From a virus: a DNA stretch of 64,000 nucleotides. How positions within the stretch are numbered: position 1 is the stretch's first letter; every line of letters starts with the position of its first letter. The notes under the pieces are model-generated. The model had not been told where the DNA came from. It searched no databases and saw only the letters and a program-made list of their open reading frames with translations. The position numbers and the translations under genes are program-made. Shown piece after piece: positions 39,301 through 48,224 of the stretch. The DNA is taken from the IMG/VR virus record IMGVR_UViG_3300033571_019687, positions 32,001-96,000 of that record; one strand, 5' to 3'.

Positions 39301-40389
39301 ATGCTTAATATGACTATACAACCATTATCATATTTTTATCTTAAGAATGTACCTATATTCTATGGTAGTTATTGGATAACAAATATAAAACATGAAATTC
39401 AAGGTAATAGTGGTACTACTACATTTAAGGGTGTTAGACAACCTATAATGTCTTTTGCTGATAATAGGAATACCATCATAAAATATCTCGTTGATATCTT
39501 AGAGAAAGCGGTTACATATAGCGAAGAAAATACCGGTAAAACAAATTCATTATTGCCTTATGATAATGTTAATACTAATTTTGTTACTGTATTCACTAAA
39601 ACCGGAAAGTCGGCAATTATAAAAGTACCTATTAAGTTATCTAATGTACAAACACCTACACAAACACCTACACAAACACCGACTAATAACAATACAGTTG
39701 TTACACCTCCTGCACCTATTATAAATAATAATTCGGCGACTATTACACCTGATACTGTAAATATTGAACCACAAGCTCAAGTTAAAACATTACCTAGTAT
39801 TAGAGCTAGTGTTAATGATGTAAGACTTGTTTTTGAGGAAAGAATAACACAAGCTTCAATAAACGATGATCCGGAAGAGTTTAAGTTGAAGGTGTTACAG
39901 GTAGCATCTGACCTTAAAATTAATCCTAATTGGTTGATGCAAATTATGATGATAGAATCTGGTATAAATACTAGGATTATAAATAGCATAAAAGCTGTAG
40001 GTTTAATACAATTTGTTAAATCTACTGCTAAAAATCTCGGCACAAACACAACTGAGTTGGCTAATATGAAGGGTACTGAACAATTAGATTATGTGTATAA
40101 ATATTTTAATGCAGCTACAAAAGGGTTCCCTACTTTTTATCATTTATATGCATACACATTTTTACCAATTTTATATAGTAGACTAAATGGTAGAGATGAT
40201 GAAAGTATTATCCTACCAGATGGTACTGAAAAAGATCCTACGCTATATAAACGTTTAAATAAACCTTTATATAATAAAGTTGGTAAAACAACATTTGGTG
40301 ATTTTAAACGTAAAGTTAATAAAGCATTAAAGCGGTATTTTAATAATACATTAGCCTATAATAATTTTATTAAGGAAACTATGGTATAA
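36358..40389 (+). CDS. Baseplate hub, C-terminal part, with C-terminal lytic transglycosylase / lysozyme-like domain
   Basis: YTAQVTSMLNMTIQP...YGSYWITNIKHEI...TTTFKGVR hub end; INPNWLMQIMMIESG...AVGLIQF SLT motif. Confidence 0.7.
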   Translation: MLTHSEFIKSISPIFENFILLDDDVIDRSSESVSHREKLYLGETNNNSLNNSFSYKGVKKVLPYILPEATINFNDQEFVKMFLSNTGYIKIPLSLALKLKLAFDTLTDRVLTDDTTEFRLSSKTLEELLTENVDKDEINRLLNDIRVSSNSDVSLPNIAIDFAKENLYEDITLSALRKLLVKIPNFDAESINIYAEKLYGAYVLGGYSYKFIQNYSTFIKDFNDRLTLLYANSSRDKLLSHKDSNLQSVFIMYCKLKADYIQGNISDSEYNQIIDELNNNKCNDSALSNYPKIIWYITNYLLEPNKTQKTPRSQLNRPVSTTDARVFLNKHWEYKKRLYTEELFDTKKWNIDQTGNILLLPSFGGINLNISSILPNITTNTPTVYSKFLWFDNLANDKPSISISRGELKNISNTKVASGKITTDLLLTKLNLLDTISNFNYTEYTLTVDKILSLIMTVGYDDIEEIITPIGTISYTKDDLFSIIVANESNYAEYMRVYKLGRLINVSLASAQNNRYNKVIQEYISQFIIVRNDEFIDLDNDFYKLPFLPNILYNVSNDTEFATSLIGTFDMNGINVNLFDKLKEQSPYVNDITLSGIRDSKMIPYTLSTGSRFNSNSISFNYITQLESDKIAARNNLINNHIINTHKLIRYSLNKLKLKLLQYTNSNSESFILGNNSNNDIVKFKADTYYNLKDIHDRYISFGLDSERTYLKLGDNIPINTNVDDILSRDLFYAFNLDAYCNTNIGGVKKSGFFYNTLKIVDKGNNDIGHKMYVDLVDLKSILNIKVDNTFNVETLTKTTYFGLLSNIAKNNKFLMHTISTYANFTSAIGNETPQEYANKLFGQHTTLARIDNTPSLVFQLASLTSESNSNILYNPMNTFCMDIDTTDNVIKVIDDPKGKIPTDILDGDGYVSSFIVDFANKNQSMFKNITVSTSEFTNTEESIKSFVNMVSNTAETKAIVSSNNLFNIIQSRSYTAQVTSMLNMTIQPLSYFYLKNVPIFYGSYWITNIKHEIQGNSGTTTFKGVRQPIMSFADNRNTIIKYLVDILEKAVTYSEENTGKTNSLLPYDNVNTNFVTVFTKTGKSAIIKVPIKLSNVQTPTQTPTQTPTNNNTVVTPPAPIINNNSATITPDTVNIEPQAQVKTLPSIRASVNDVRLVFEERITQASINDDPEEFKLKVLQVASDLKINPNWLMQIMMIESGINTRIINSIKAVGLIQFVKSTAKNLGTNTTELANMKGTEQLDYVYKYFNAATKGFPTFYHLYAYTFLPILYSRLNGRDDESIILPDGTEKDPTLYKRLNKPLYNKVGKTTFGDFKRKVNKALKRYFNNTLAYNNFIKETMV
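39649..39684 (+). repeat. 12-nt tandem repeat x3 encoding QTPT
   Basis: CAAACACCTACA x2 plus CAAACACCGACT. Confidence 0.85.
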
Positions 40390-40406
40390 TTCTTTTACAT
40401 AATTGA

Positions 40407-40413
40407 CTATTTA
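40407..40413 (+). promoter_or_regulatory. Putative late promoter CTATTTA
   Basis: CTATTTACAATAAA upstream of 40429. Confidence 0.6.
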
Positions 40414-40428
40414 CAATAAACATCTATT

Positions 40429-40644
40429 ATGAGTAATTTAGATAACTTAAATAAATCTATCATTGATAGCTTCAATGATAAGTTAAAAAAAGCAAAAGAG
40501 GAGTCACAAAAAAAAGTGATTGATCCTAAAGATGGTCTTATTCAATATGACAATCTTTTAGAAAAGCCTCTATATACCAAAGACGGTAAAGAGCTTTTGA
40601 CCGAAGAATTACCTATAAGCAACTCATCTAAAAGTTTTCTTTAA
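40429..40644 (+). CDS. Hypothetical 71-aa protein
   Basis: ORF after a late motif, TAATG-coupled. Confidence 0.6.
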   Translation: MSNLDNLNKSIIDSFNDKLKKAKEESQKKVIDPKDGLIQYDNLLEKPLYTKDGKELLTEELPISNSSKSFL

Positions 40645-41576
40645 TGGAAAAAACAGTAAATATCTCAAACCCTAAAGCATTTAAAAGGTTTCAAAAATCA
40701 ATTGGAAAATTGAGTGAAAACGTCGTTTATAATGTTGATGAATCGAAAAATGAGTTATCATCTTTAAACGAAAGTGTGTTAGATTTTAAACCAAAAAAAG
40801 ACCATCTTACTAGGTTCAAAGAGATATTGAACGAAGGTATTCCATATAGATTTTTTGAAGATGAAAATAAAGGTGGTAATATTGATGCTAATGTAATGAC
40901 ACCAGATCCTGCTATGGCTCAACTGGATCAACCAGAAGAACCTAAACAGGATAATAATGAATTACCAGCACCTACTGATAAAGGATTAGTACCTGACAGT
41001 CCTGTATCAGAACCTAAACCGGAAGATAACAATTTACCTGCACCTGATATGGGTGGCATCCCTGATTCTGGTAATGATTTGCCTCCTATGGATAATGGTA
41101 TGGATGGTGATGCTGGTACAGAAGAAATTGATGTTACTGAATTAGTTACAAGTACTACTGAATTAAAAGATAAAATGGTTAACATTGATAATAGATTCAG
41201 TAAAGTATATAAAGATTTAGAAACCATTAATAATAACACTGTTAAAGTAAGTAATGATATTACCGGTTTTATTAAAGATGTTACTAATACATTACAGTCG
41301 TTAACTGCTGAGGTTAATAAAATGAGACCTCCGACAGAAGATGAAAAATTAAGAAGTACATTAGCATCTTCTTATCCATTTACAGTAACTGATAAGGATT
41401 TTAAAAACGGTAATGCACCAAGAACTGTACAAGACATTCAAGGTAAACAAGTTCAATTTGAACCTGTAAAACAAAATTCTGGTAATCCATTTGAAAATAT
41501 GTCAGTAGAAGACTTAAATGCTTTTGTTAGACAATTCCAGAACATAAACAAAATTAGAAACGAAATCACTGGTTAA
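40644..41576 (+). CDS. Hypothetical protein with Pro/Asp-rich disordered middle and coiled-coil C-terminus
   Basis: ELPAPTD/NLPAPDM repeats; EEIDVTELV...heptads. Confidence 0.7.
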   Translation: MEKTVNISNPKAFKRFQKSIGKLSENVVYNVDESKNELSSLNESVLDFKPKKDHLTRFKEILNEGIPYRFFEDENKGGNIDANVMTPDPAMAQLDQPEEPKQDNNELPAPTDKGLVPDSPVSEPKPEDNNLPAPDMGGIPDSGNDLPPMDNGMDGDAGTEEIDVTELVTSTTELKDKMVNIDNRFSKVYKDLETINNNTVKVSNDITGFIKDVTNTLQSLTAEVNKMRPPTEDEKLRSTLASSYPFTVTDKDFKNGNAPRTVQDIQGKQVQFEPVKQNSGNPFENMSVEDLNAFVRQFQNINKIRNEITG

Positions 41577-41581
41577 TAGTT

Positions 41582-41953
41582 ATGATGAATTTTGAATTTG
41601 AACAGGTAATCAATAGATTATCATTTTTAACAGGTGCAACATTACAAACTGTTACTGGTGTTACAGCAGAAGATAATGATGAATATGTTATTAAATATGG
41701 AACATTTGTTCCGCTTATTGGACCATTAGATATTGTAACAGTAAGAATAGACGGAGTTGATCATAATTTAGTTGCTAATCAATCTATTTTTATGGAGTGT
41801 AGTGAAGTAGAGTTAGTTAGCATGAAACTTGTTAATGCTTCTAATCTTGTTACTTCATTTACAGGAACAACATCTCCAATAGGACAGGGCTTACAGGCTG
41901 ATGCTGCTGCTGTTTTACTATACGGCACAAAACACAGAAAAAAAAGTTACTAA
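41582..41953 (+). CDS. Hypothetical 123-aa protein with three TGxT motifs
   Basis: ORF; TGAT, TGVT, TGTT. Confidence 0.65.
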   Translation: MMNFEFEQVINRLSFLTGATLQTVTGVTAEDNDEYVIKYGTFVPLIGPLDIVTVRIDGVDHNLVANQSIFMECSEVELVSMKLVNASNLVTSFTGTTSPIGQGLQADAAAVLLYGTKHRKKSY

Positions 41954-41957
41954 CCTA

Positions 41958-41989
41958 TTTGGTTTTTTCGTAAAATCCTTTTATATTTG
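41958..41989 (+). promoter_or_regulatory. Bacteroidetes-type promoter for the replication operon
   Basis: TTTG (41958-41961), 20 nt, TATATTTG (41982-41989); exact consensus. Confidence 0.72.
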
Positions 41990-42061
41990 TAAAAGAAACT
42001 TAAAGTTCTAGCTAGACTTACGTTTATAAATAATTTCGTACACTTAAACAATTTACGTATC

Positions 42062-43078
42062 ATGAGTATTTTAGACAAGTACAAATCAATTGACATTGCA
42101 GGCTCAGTGCAAGACTACAAAGACCAGAGAGACTGGCAATCAAAGCCGAAAGGCACAATGAGTAACGAAGATCGTCTAAAAATGTATTTTAGACCGACCA
42201 TCCCAGCGGGACAAAAAAGCGCCTTTATCAACATTAGGGTACTTCCAATTTCAGCAGATTCAACAGAATGGTTTACCAGTGAGTGGTATCATGAAGTTGA
42301 AGTCCAAGACAAAGATGGTAAAAAACAACGAGTAAAACTCTACGACCCAAGACTAAACAGCCCAAAAAGAGATGGTCTATCTCCATTATATAATGTCTAT
42401 GCTGAGTTAAAACAGGCATTTGATAAAAATGGTGATCAAGCTGCTGGTGATTTAGCTAAACAATTCAAGGCTAAAGAATTCCATATTTTGAGAATTATTG
42501 ATAGAGCTAATGAAGCTGATGGTCCTAAATTTTGGAGGATCAAAAAGAAAGACAGATGTGCATTCGATTTGATTATGAATGAAATCGAAAGGTTGATTAG
42601 AGATGGTGAAAATTGTAATTTTTTACATCCTGAAACCGGATTTGATATTGAATTGACTGTTAATAAGGCAAAGATTGGTAATACAGTTTTTGATGATGTA
42701 ACTGCAACCAGATTTAGTAAACCTAAACCTCTTGCCTCAACTGTAGAACAGATGGAAGAATGGTTATCAGACTCTAAAACTGTAAGAACAGCATTCCCTA
42801 TTAAACCTATTGAATATCTTGAAATTGTTGCATCTGGTGGTGTACCAACATGGGATAAGGAATTATCTAAATATGTTGATGCTAATGCTGGTATGTATTT
42901 GGAAACGCAAGATGATGAAGATGCTACTGTAGGTATTAATATTGTTGCACCAAGTGTTGCGGCACAAAAAACTACTGCTACTGTTGGTAAACCTGCTAAA
43001 AAAACTAAACAGCCGGAACCTGTTGTAGATGAAGATGACAGTGAAGCAGATGTTGCAGATGACGATATGCCTTTCTAA
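42062..43078 (+). CDS. Single-stranded DNA-binding protein (T4 gp32-like)
   Basis: IRVLP, ILRIIDR...GPKFW, GFDIELT; acidic tail ending DDDMPF. Confidence 0.8.
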   Translation: MSILDKYKSIDIAGSVQDYKDQRDWQSKPKGTMSNEDRLKMYFRPTIPAGQKSAFINIRVLPISADSTEWFTSEWYHEVEVQDKDGKKQRVKLYDPRLNSPKRDGLSPLYNVYAELKQAFDKNGDQAAGDLAKQFKAKEFHILRIIDRANEADGPKFWRIKKKDRCAFDLIMNEIERLIRDGENCNFLHPETGFDIELTVNKAKIGNTVFDDVTATRFSKPKPLASTVEQMEEWLSDSKTVRTAFPIKPIEYLEIVASGGVPTWDKELSKYVDANAGMYLETQDDEDATVGINIVAPSVAAQKTTATVGKPAKKTKQPEPVVDEDDSEADVADDDMPF

Positions 43079-43096
43079 GGTAAATCGGTAAAATAA

Positions 43097-43125
43097 GTGG
43101 GCAGTTTAATACTGCCCACATTTTT
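43097..43125 (+). terminator. Intrinsic terminator after the SSB gene
   Basis: GTGGGCAGT-TTAAT-ACTGCCCAC-ATTTTT. Confidence 0.8.
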
Positions 43126-43141
43126 CTAATTAAGTTTAACA

Positions 43142-44155
43142 ATGGCTGTTAAAGATAAAAAAACATTTGACATTAAAAAACTAATAAAAGATAATTCAAG
43201 CTCTACAAAATTTAAAGAGACTTCTTACTATAACTTGGGCCCATCTATGTCTAAATTAGGTATTAATGGTATCCCAAGGGGTCATATTACCCAAATCATA
43301 GGACACTCTGATACAGGTAAAACTACATCAATGTTGCTTGCTATTAAAAGTGCTATGGAGATGGGAGATATTCCTGTCATAATGATTACAGAAGGTAAGT
43401 GGGACTTTAATAGATTAAAACTAGTTGGTGCTCCAATTCACCAAAACGAAGACGGGTCATGGGAAGGTAATTTTATTTATAGAGATGATTTGAATACTGT
43501 TGAAGAGTGGGGTGAGTTTATTAATGATTTATTAAAACAACAAGAAAAATCACCAGAACCTTTCAATTTATTCTTTTGTACAGATTCTATTGGTACAATC
43601 CCTTGTCAAATGACTTATGAAGGTAAAGGGGGTAAACAACATACAGCATCAAAACTTTCTGATATTGTAGGATTAAATTTACACCATAAAATTACTCGTA
43701 CAAGAAAAGAGGAATGCCCTTATTACTCAACAATGTTAATTATTAACCAATGTTGGGTATTTACGCCACAAACATATATGGCACAGCCTGTATTAAAACC
43801 AAAAGGTGGTGAAGCAATCTATACTCATTCTAGTATGGTACTTAAATTTGGTGCAACAACTCACTCAAGCAAAACAAAAATTGATGCAGTTAAAGGTGGT
43901 AGAAAAGTGTTATTTGGTCATAAGACTAAAATTACATTAGATAAGGATCACATTAACGGTAAAAGTTTTAATGATGTTAAAATAATCTCGGTACCTCACG
44001 GTTATATTGATGATACTAAAGAAGCAATTGAAGAGTATAAAAAGAAATATTCTGATTATTGGAAAAAAGAGTTAGATGTTACAAGTCTTGAAGATATTGA
44101 ATTAGAAGAAAACGAAATTGTTAACACTGATACAGGAGAAATTTACGAAGAATGA
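43142..44155 (+). CDS. recA: RecA/UvsX-like recombinase
   Basis: GIPRGHITQIIGHSDTGKT Walker A, TDSIG, LIINQ, KPKGGEAIY. Confidence 0.85.
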   Translation: MAVKDKKTFDIKKLIKDNSSSTKFKETSYYNLGPSMSKLGINGIPRGHITQIIGHSDTGKTTSMLLAIKSAMEMGDIPVIMITEGKWDFNRLKLVGAPIHQNEDGSWEGNFIYRDDLNTVEEWGEFINDLLKQQEKSPEPFNLFFCTDSIGTIPCQMTYEGKGGKQHTASKLSDIVGLNLHHKITRTRKEECPYYSTMLIINQCWVFTPQTYMAQPVLKPKGGEAIYTHSSMVLKFGATTHSSKTKIDAVKGGRKVLFGHKTKITLDKDHINGKSFNDVKIISVPHGYIDDTKEAIEEYKKKYSDYWKKELDVTSLEDIELEENEIVNTDTGEIYEE

Positions 44156-45213
44156 GCCTAATCAATTCAAATAAAAAGAGGGTAGTTAAAGAACAAAAAA
44201 CCTTGCTTATTGACGGTGAAAGCCTACTTAAGCAGGGTTTTTATGGTACTAAGGATACTGTAACTAAAAACGGTAGAATAGCAACTGTATATAACTTTTA
44301 TAATCAAATTCGTAAAATATATGAAACAGACTTGTTTAATAAAGTTGTTGTATTTTGGGAAGGAGAAGACTCTAAAAAATATAGACAGAATTACTATTCA
44401 AAATATAAAAGCGATAGAGTTACTAGTGAATTAGATCAATACCTTGAAACTGATCTTATGAATAAGCGTTTATTAGTTAAAAACTGTAATGAAGACCTGT
44501 TTATAAGACAGGTTGAAGTATATGGTTGTGAGGCTGATGATGCAATAGCTTTATATTGTAAGATGGCACCAAATGAGATTAAAACTATATGTACCAATGA
44601 TATGGATTTAACTCAGTTAATAGATGTTAATACCAAAGTATATTTGTGGGGTAAGAAGATTTTAGTAAATTTTATTAATTTTAAAAGTTACTTTAAATAT
44701 CACCATGAAAACGTTGGGTTAATTAAGATATTAGCAGGCGATAAGTCAGATAATATAGCTGGATTACAAAATATAGGACCTGATACAGTACTAAAACTTT
44801 TTCCAGAAATCATAGATAATCCAATCACATTAGATTGGGTTAGAGAAAGGGCTAAACAGTTATTAGATGAAAATCCTAAGAGTAATAAAATCAGGACTAT
44901 TGTAGAAGGTACAGCTAAATGGGGACCAACAGGTGATGATTATTACCATGTTATGAAAACCATCATTGATCTTAGAGAACCATATTCACCAGAGGAATTA
45001 ATAACCGAAATTAATGAAGCCATAAATGGTGTTTTAAATCCAGAAGGTAGATCTGGTGTAGAAGGGGTAATAAGTACGTTTGCTACTTACGGTATCGGAG
45101 TATTATTTTCAAGAAAAGATGAATATTTTTTGGAATTCTGGAATCCTTTTCTTAATATTGTAAATACAGAAAAGAGGAAGTACAACTCTTATCTTGCTAA
45201 AACAAATCTTTAA
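44152..45213 (+). CDS. 5'-3' exonuclease / RNase H (FEN-like)
   Basis: LLIDG, YKSDR, EADDAIA, TNDMDLTQL, LAGDKSDNIAGL..IG. Confidence 0.9.
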   Translation: MSLINSNKKRVVKEQKTLLIDGESLLKQGFYGTKDTVTKNGRIATVYNFYNQIRKIYETDLFNKVVVFWEGEDSKKYRQNYYSKYKSDRVTSELDQYLETDLMNKRLLVKNCNEDLFIRQVEVYGCEADDAIALYCKMAPNEIKTICTNDMDLTQLIDVNTKVYLWGKKILVNFINFKSYFKYHHENVGLIKILAGDKSDNIAGLQNIGPDTVLKLFPEIIDNPITLDWVRERAKQLLDENPKSNKIRTIVEGTAKWGPTGDDYYHVMKTIIDLREPYSPEELITEINEAINGVLNPEGRSGVEGVISTFATYGIGVLFSRKDEYFLEFWNPFLNIVNTEKRKYNSYLAKTNL

Positions 45214-45763
45214 CTATAAATGCGTAATAAGTATGCAAACAACAGAACAACAAACAAAAACAGAGTATCCTTTTAATCCTAAGACCCAAAAACGTTTAAC
45301 TATCACTTTATATAGAAACAACAATATTGCGGTTAGGCGTGATTTTATTGTAGGCACAGCAGAAGATACTGGTAAGGGTGTCTTGGTTTATAATGAGAAA
45401 TCGTCAAAGGGTATTGACTTAGTTTATCTTGGTTTAGAACATGTAGACATGATTAAGAGGTATTTAAAAGAACAGACAGTAGTCCATGCATTTGCTTTCC
45501 ATAAGGAATATTATTTGAATCCGGAATACGACATGATTACTGCTAATAAGAATGATAATTTTAGTTATACATTAAGTGAAACTAGTGAGGATAATAAAGA
45601 TGTTAAAGTATTTTTTAGAGAAACTTGGGATGCAACAAATTATCCTGCAACAGTTAGAAACAATGTTAACATTAGACATTTAACTAAAGAATTTATCAGA
45701 GATTTTCAAAGAATTTTAGTAAAAAAACAGGGTATAAATAAGAATAAAAATGCAAATAACTAA
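45194..45763 (+). CDS. Hypothetical protein (probable start ATG 45233)
   Basis: ORF between the exonuclease and the helicase. Confidence 0.65.
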   Translation: MLKQIFNYKCVISMQTTEQQTKTEYPFNPKTQKRLTITLYRNNNIAVRRDFIVGTAEDTGKGVLVYNEKSSKGIDLVYLGLEHVDMIKRYLKEQTVVHAFAFHKEYYLNPEYDMITANKNDNFSYTLSETSEDNKDVKVFFRETWDATNYPATVRNNVNIRHLTKEFIRDFQRILVKKQGINKNKNANN

Positions 45764-47222
45764 TAAAGATTTTTCACATTTAGGTGCCGAATACCAATTA
45801 CAGCTTATAAATGAGATTTTAACTGATAGTAAGTTTGCAGAAAAAATTATTGAAATAATAGAGCCTTCTTTCTTCCCAAGGGAGGCTCTTGCAAAACTTG
45901 TTTTACTGATTAAAAGATATTATGTTAAGCATGAAGTAGCACCATCCTTTTCTGTATTAGATACAGAGGTTAGATTAAATACAGAAGATAATGATGCATT
46001 TAGAGATCAGTTATTAGAGACATTACAGAATATCAAATCAATAACTGATATTAATTATAATGTACAAGAAACTGCTCTTGAATTTTGTAAACTTAAAAGA
46101 GTTACAAATGTAATAAATGATATTCAAGGTAAACTAAAAAAAGGTGCTATTGATTATAATTTAATTGAGGCTCAAATAAAAGATGCTATCACATTTAAAG
46201 AAGATACAGAAGCATTTAACTTCTATAATAACGTAGAGGATATATTTGATGAACAATTTAGTGAACCAATTCCCACAGGTTTACCAGAACTTGATAGATG
46301 TTTAAAAAATGGTGGTTTAAATAAAGGTACATTGGGTTTGCTTATAGCACCAACTGGTACCGGTAAAACCACATTATTTACTATATTTGCTATAAATGCT
46401 TTTCTTGCTGGTTATAACGTACTTCATATCATTTTTGAAGATACAGTAAGGCAAATGAAAAGTAAGTATCTTAAATCAATTTATCAAGCGTCAGATGAAG
46501 AGTTATTGTTAATTAAGGATAAAGTATTAGAGGAAACAAAGGATCTTAAAAATAGACCTAATAAATTACATACAATTAGGTATTCAAGTGATGGTTCAAC
46601 TACACCTTCTATTCTTAGAAAAGAGATAAAGAAGATTAATGCTAAAAACCCTAAAATCGATTTAGTGATTATTGACTATCTTGATTGTATGGATGTTGAT
46701 TATGCTCAAAGATCTGCTGATGTTAACCATAATGAAGGCAGACTTATTAGAAGCATGGAAAGTATGGCTAGTGATGAGAATGTTGCTTTATGGGCGGCAA
46801 CTCAAGGTGGTAGATCATCAGTTGATAAAGATACTGTAGGTATTGAACAAATTGGCGGTTCAATTAAAAAGGCACAAGCCGCCCACGTTATATTAACTAT
46901 TGCCAAAACTCAAAGTGATAGAGATCAAAAAACTGGTAATATGTTTATTTCAAAAAATAGAGATGGTAAAGATGGTGTAGAATTTAGAGGTGTTATATTT
47001 GATAATGAAAGATGTAAAGTAGATTTAGGTAAAACATTTTCTATTGATGGTTTTGATAAACCAATTAACCCAACATCAGCTAGTGATCATAAGAAAAATA
47101 CTGAACAAGATACACGTGCTAAAGCTATGGCAAAATATTTATTACAGAAACAAGAAAAAGAAAAACAGTTAAAAGAATTTGAGGAAACTACTAGTCAAAT
47201 TAAAGTTCAAGCAGCTATTTAA
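45750..47222 (+). CDS. dnaB: Replicative DnaB-like helicase
   Basis: APTGTGKT Walker A, LVIIDYLD, WAATQGGR, SIKKAQAAH, KNRDG. Confidence 0.92.
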   Translation: MQITNKDFSHLGAEYQLQLINEILTDSKFAEKIIEIIEPSFFPREALAKLVLLIKRYYVKHEVAPSFSVLDTEVRLNTEDNDAFRDQLLETLQNIKSITDINYNVQETALEFCKLKRVTNVINDIQGKLKKGAIDYNLIEAQIKDAITFKEDTEAFNFYNNVEDIFDEQFSEPIPTGLPELDRCLKNGGLNKGTLGLLIAPTGTGKTTLFTIFAINAFLAGYNVLHIIFEDTVRQMKSKYLKSIYQASDEELLLIKDKVLEETKDLKNRPNKLHTIRYSSDGSTTPSILRKEIKKINAKNPKIDLVIIDYLDCMDVDYAQRSADVNHNEGRLIRSMESMASDENVALWAATQGGRSSVDKDTVGIEQIGGSIKKAQAAHVILTIAKTQSDRDQKTGNMFISKNRDGKDGVEFRGVIFDNERCKVDLGKTFSIDGFDKPINPTSASDHKKNTEQDTRAKAMAKYLLQKQEKEKQLKEFEETTSQIKVQAAI

Positions 47223-47261
47223 ACTTACCTATAAAAATAAACTAAACAAAACAAATAACGT

Positions 47262-48209
47262 ATGGAACCGATTTTGATTGAAAATCCGGGCAGGTTTGTA
47301 ATTTTCCCAATAGAACATCAAGATATTTTTGATTTCTATCAGAAACATCAATCTGCCTATTGGACAGCAGAAGAAGTTGAATTATCAAATGATCTTAATG
47401 ATTGGAATTCGTTGGATGAAAATTCAAGATATTTCATTAAGAATATACTATCATTTTTTGCTGCGAGTGATGGTATAGTAAATGAAAATTTGGCTATGAA
47501 CTTTTTAAATGAAGTACAATATCCAGAGGCTAAATTCTTTTATGGATTTCAGTTAATGATGGAGAATATTCATAGCCACATGTATTCATTATTAATTGAT
47601 ACTTATATAAAAAGACATGAAGAAAAACTTGAATGTTTTAATGCCATTGAAACTAATCCTATTGTTAAGAAAAAGGCTGATTGGGCACTTAAATGGATTA
47701 AAAGTGATTCATTTGCTGAGAGACTTTTGGCTTTTGCTGCGGTTGAAGGTATATTTTTTGCTGGTTCGTTTGCTTCTATTTTTTGGTTAAAAAGTAAAGG
47801 TTTAATGCCGGGGCTATCTCAAGCAAATCAGTTTATTTTTAAAGATGAGAATTTACATTGTGAATTTGCATTACATCTTTTTAATAATCATGTAACAAAC
47901 AAACCTTCAAGAGATAGAATTAAAGAAATCTTTTTATCTGCACTTGAAATTGAAAAAGAATTTATAACTGAGTCTTTACCAGTATCATTAATTGGTATGA
48001 ATGCTGATCTAATGAAAAGGTATTTGGAATTTATTGTTGATGAATTACTTCATAAACTAGGTGTGGAAAAACAATTTAATGTTACACAACCATTTGATTT
48101 TATGAACGGTATTGCAGTTGAAACAAAAACTAATTTCTTTGAAGCAAGACCAGCGGAATATCAAAAAGCAAAAACCAATGAAATAATTCAGTTTAACGAA
48201 GATTTTTAA
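47262..48209 (+). CDS. nrdB: Ribonucleotide reductase class Ia beta subunit
   Basis: [38 protein letters not shown]. Confidence 0.96.
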   Translation: MEPILIENPGRFVIFPIEHQDIFDFYQKHQSAYWTAEEVELSNDLNDWNSLDENSRYFIKNILSFFAASDGIVNENLAMNFLNEVQYPEAKFFYGFQLMMENIHSHMYSLLIDTYIKRHEEKLECFNAIETNPIVKKKADWALKWIKSDSFAERLLAFAAVEGIFFAGSFASIFWLKSKGLMPGLSQANQFIFKDENLHCEFALHLFNNHVTNKPSRDRIKEIFLSALEIEKEFITESLPVSLIGMNADLMKRYLEFIVDELLHKLGVEKQFNVTQPFDFMNGIAVETKTNFFEARPAEYQKAKTNEIIQFNEDF

Positions 48210-48224
48210 TAAACAGTAACAAAA

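Noticed and set aside
39649-39684. QTPT repeat as a contingency or phase-variable locus
   Set aside because: The unit is 12 nt and in frame, so copy changes would only alter linker length
17051-40389. Bacterial eCIS/T6SS/tailocin locus instead of a phage
   Set aside because: Linked neck proteins, late sigma factor, gp32-like SSB, UvsX, DnaB, RNR and PhoH indicate a lytic phage genome
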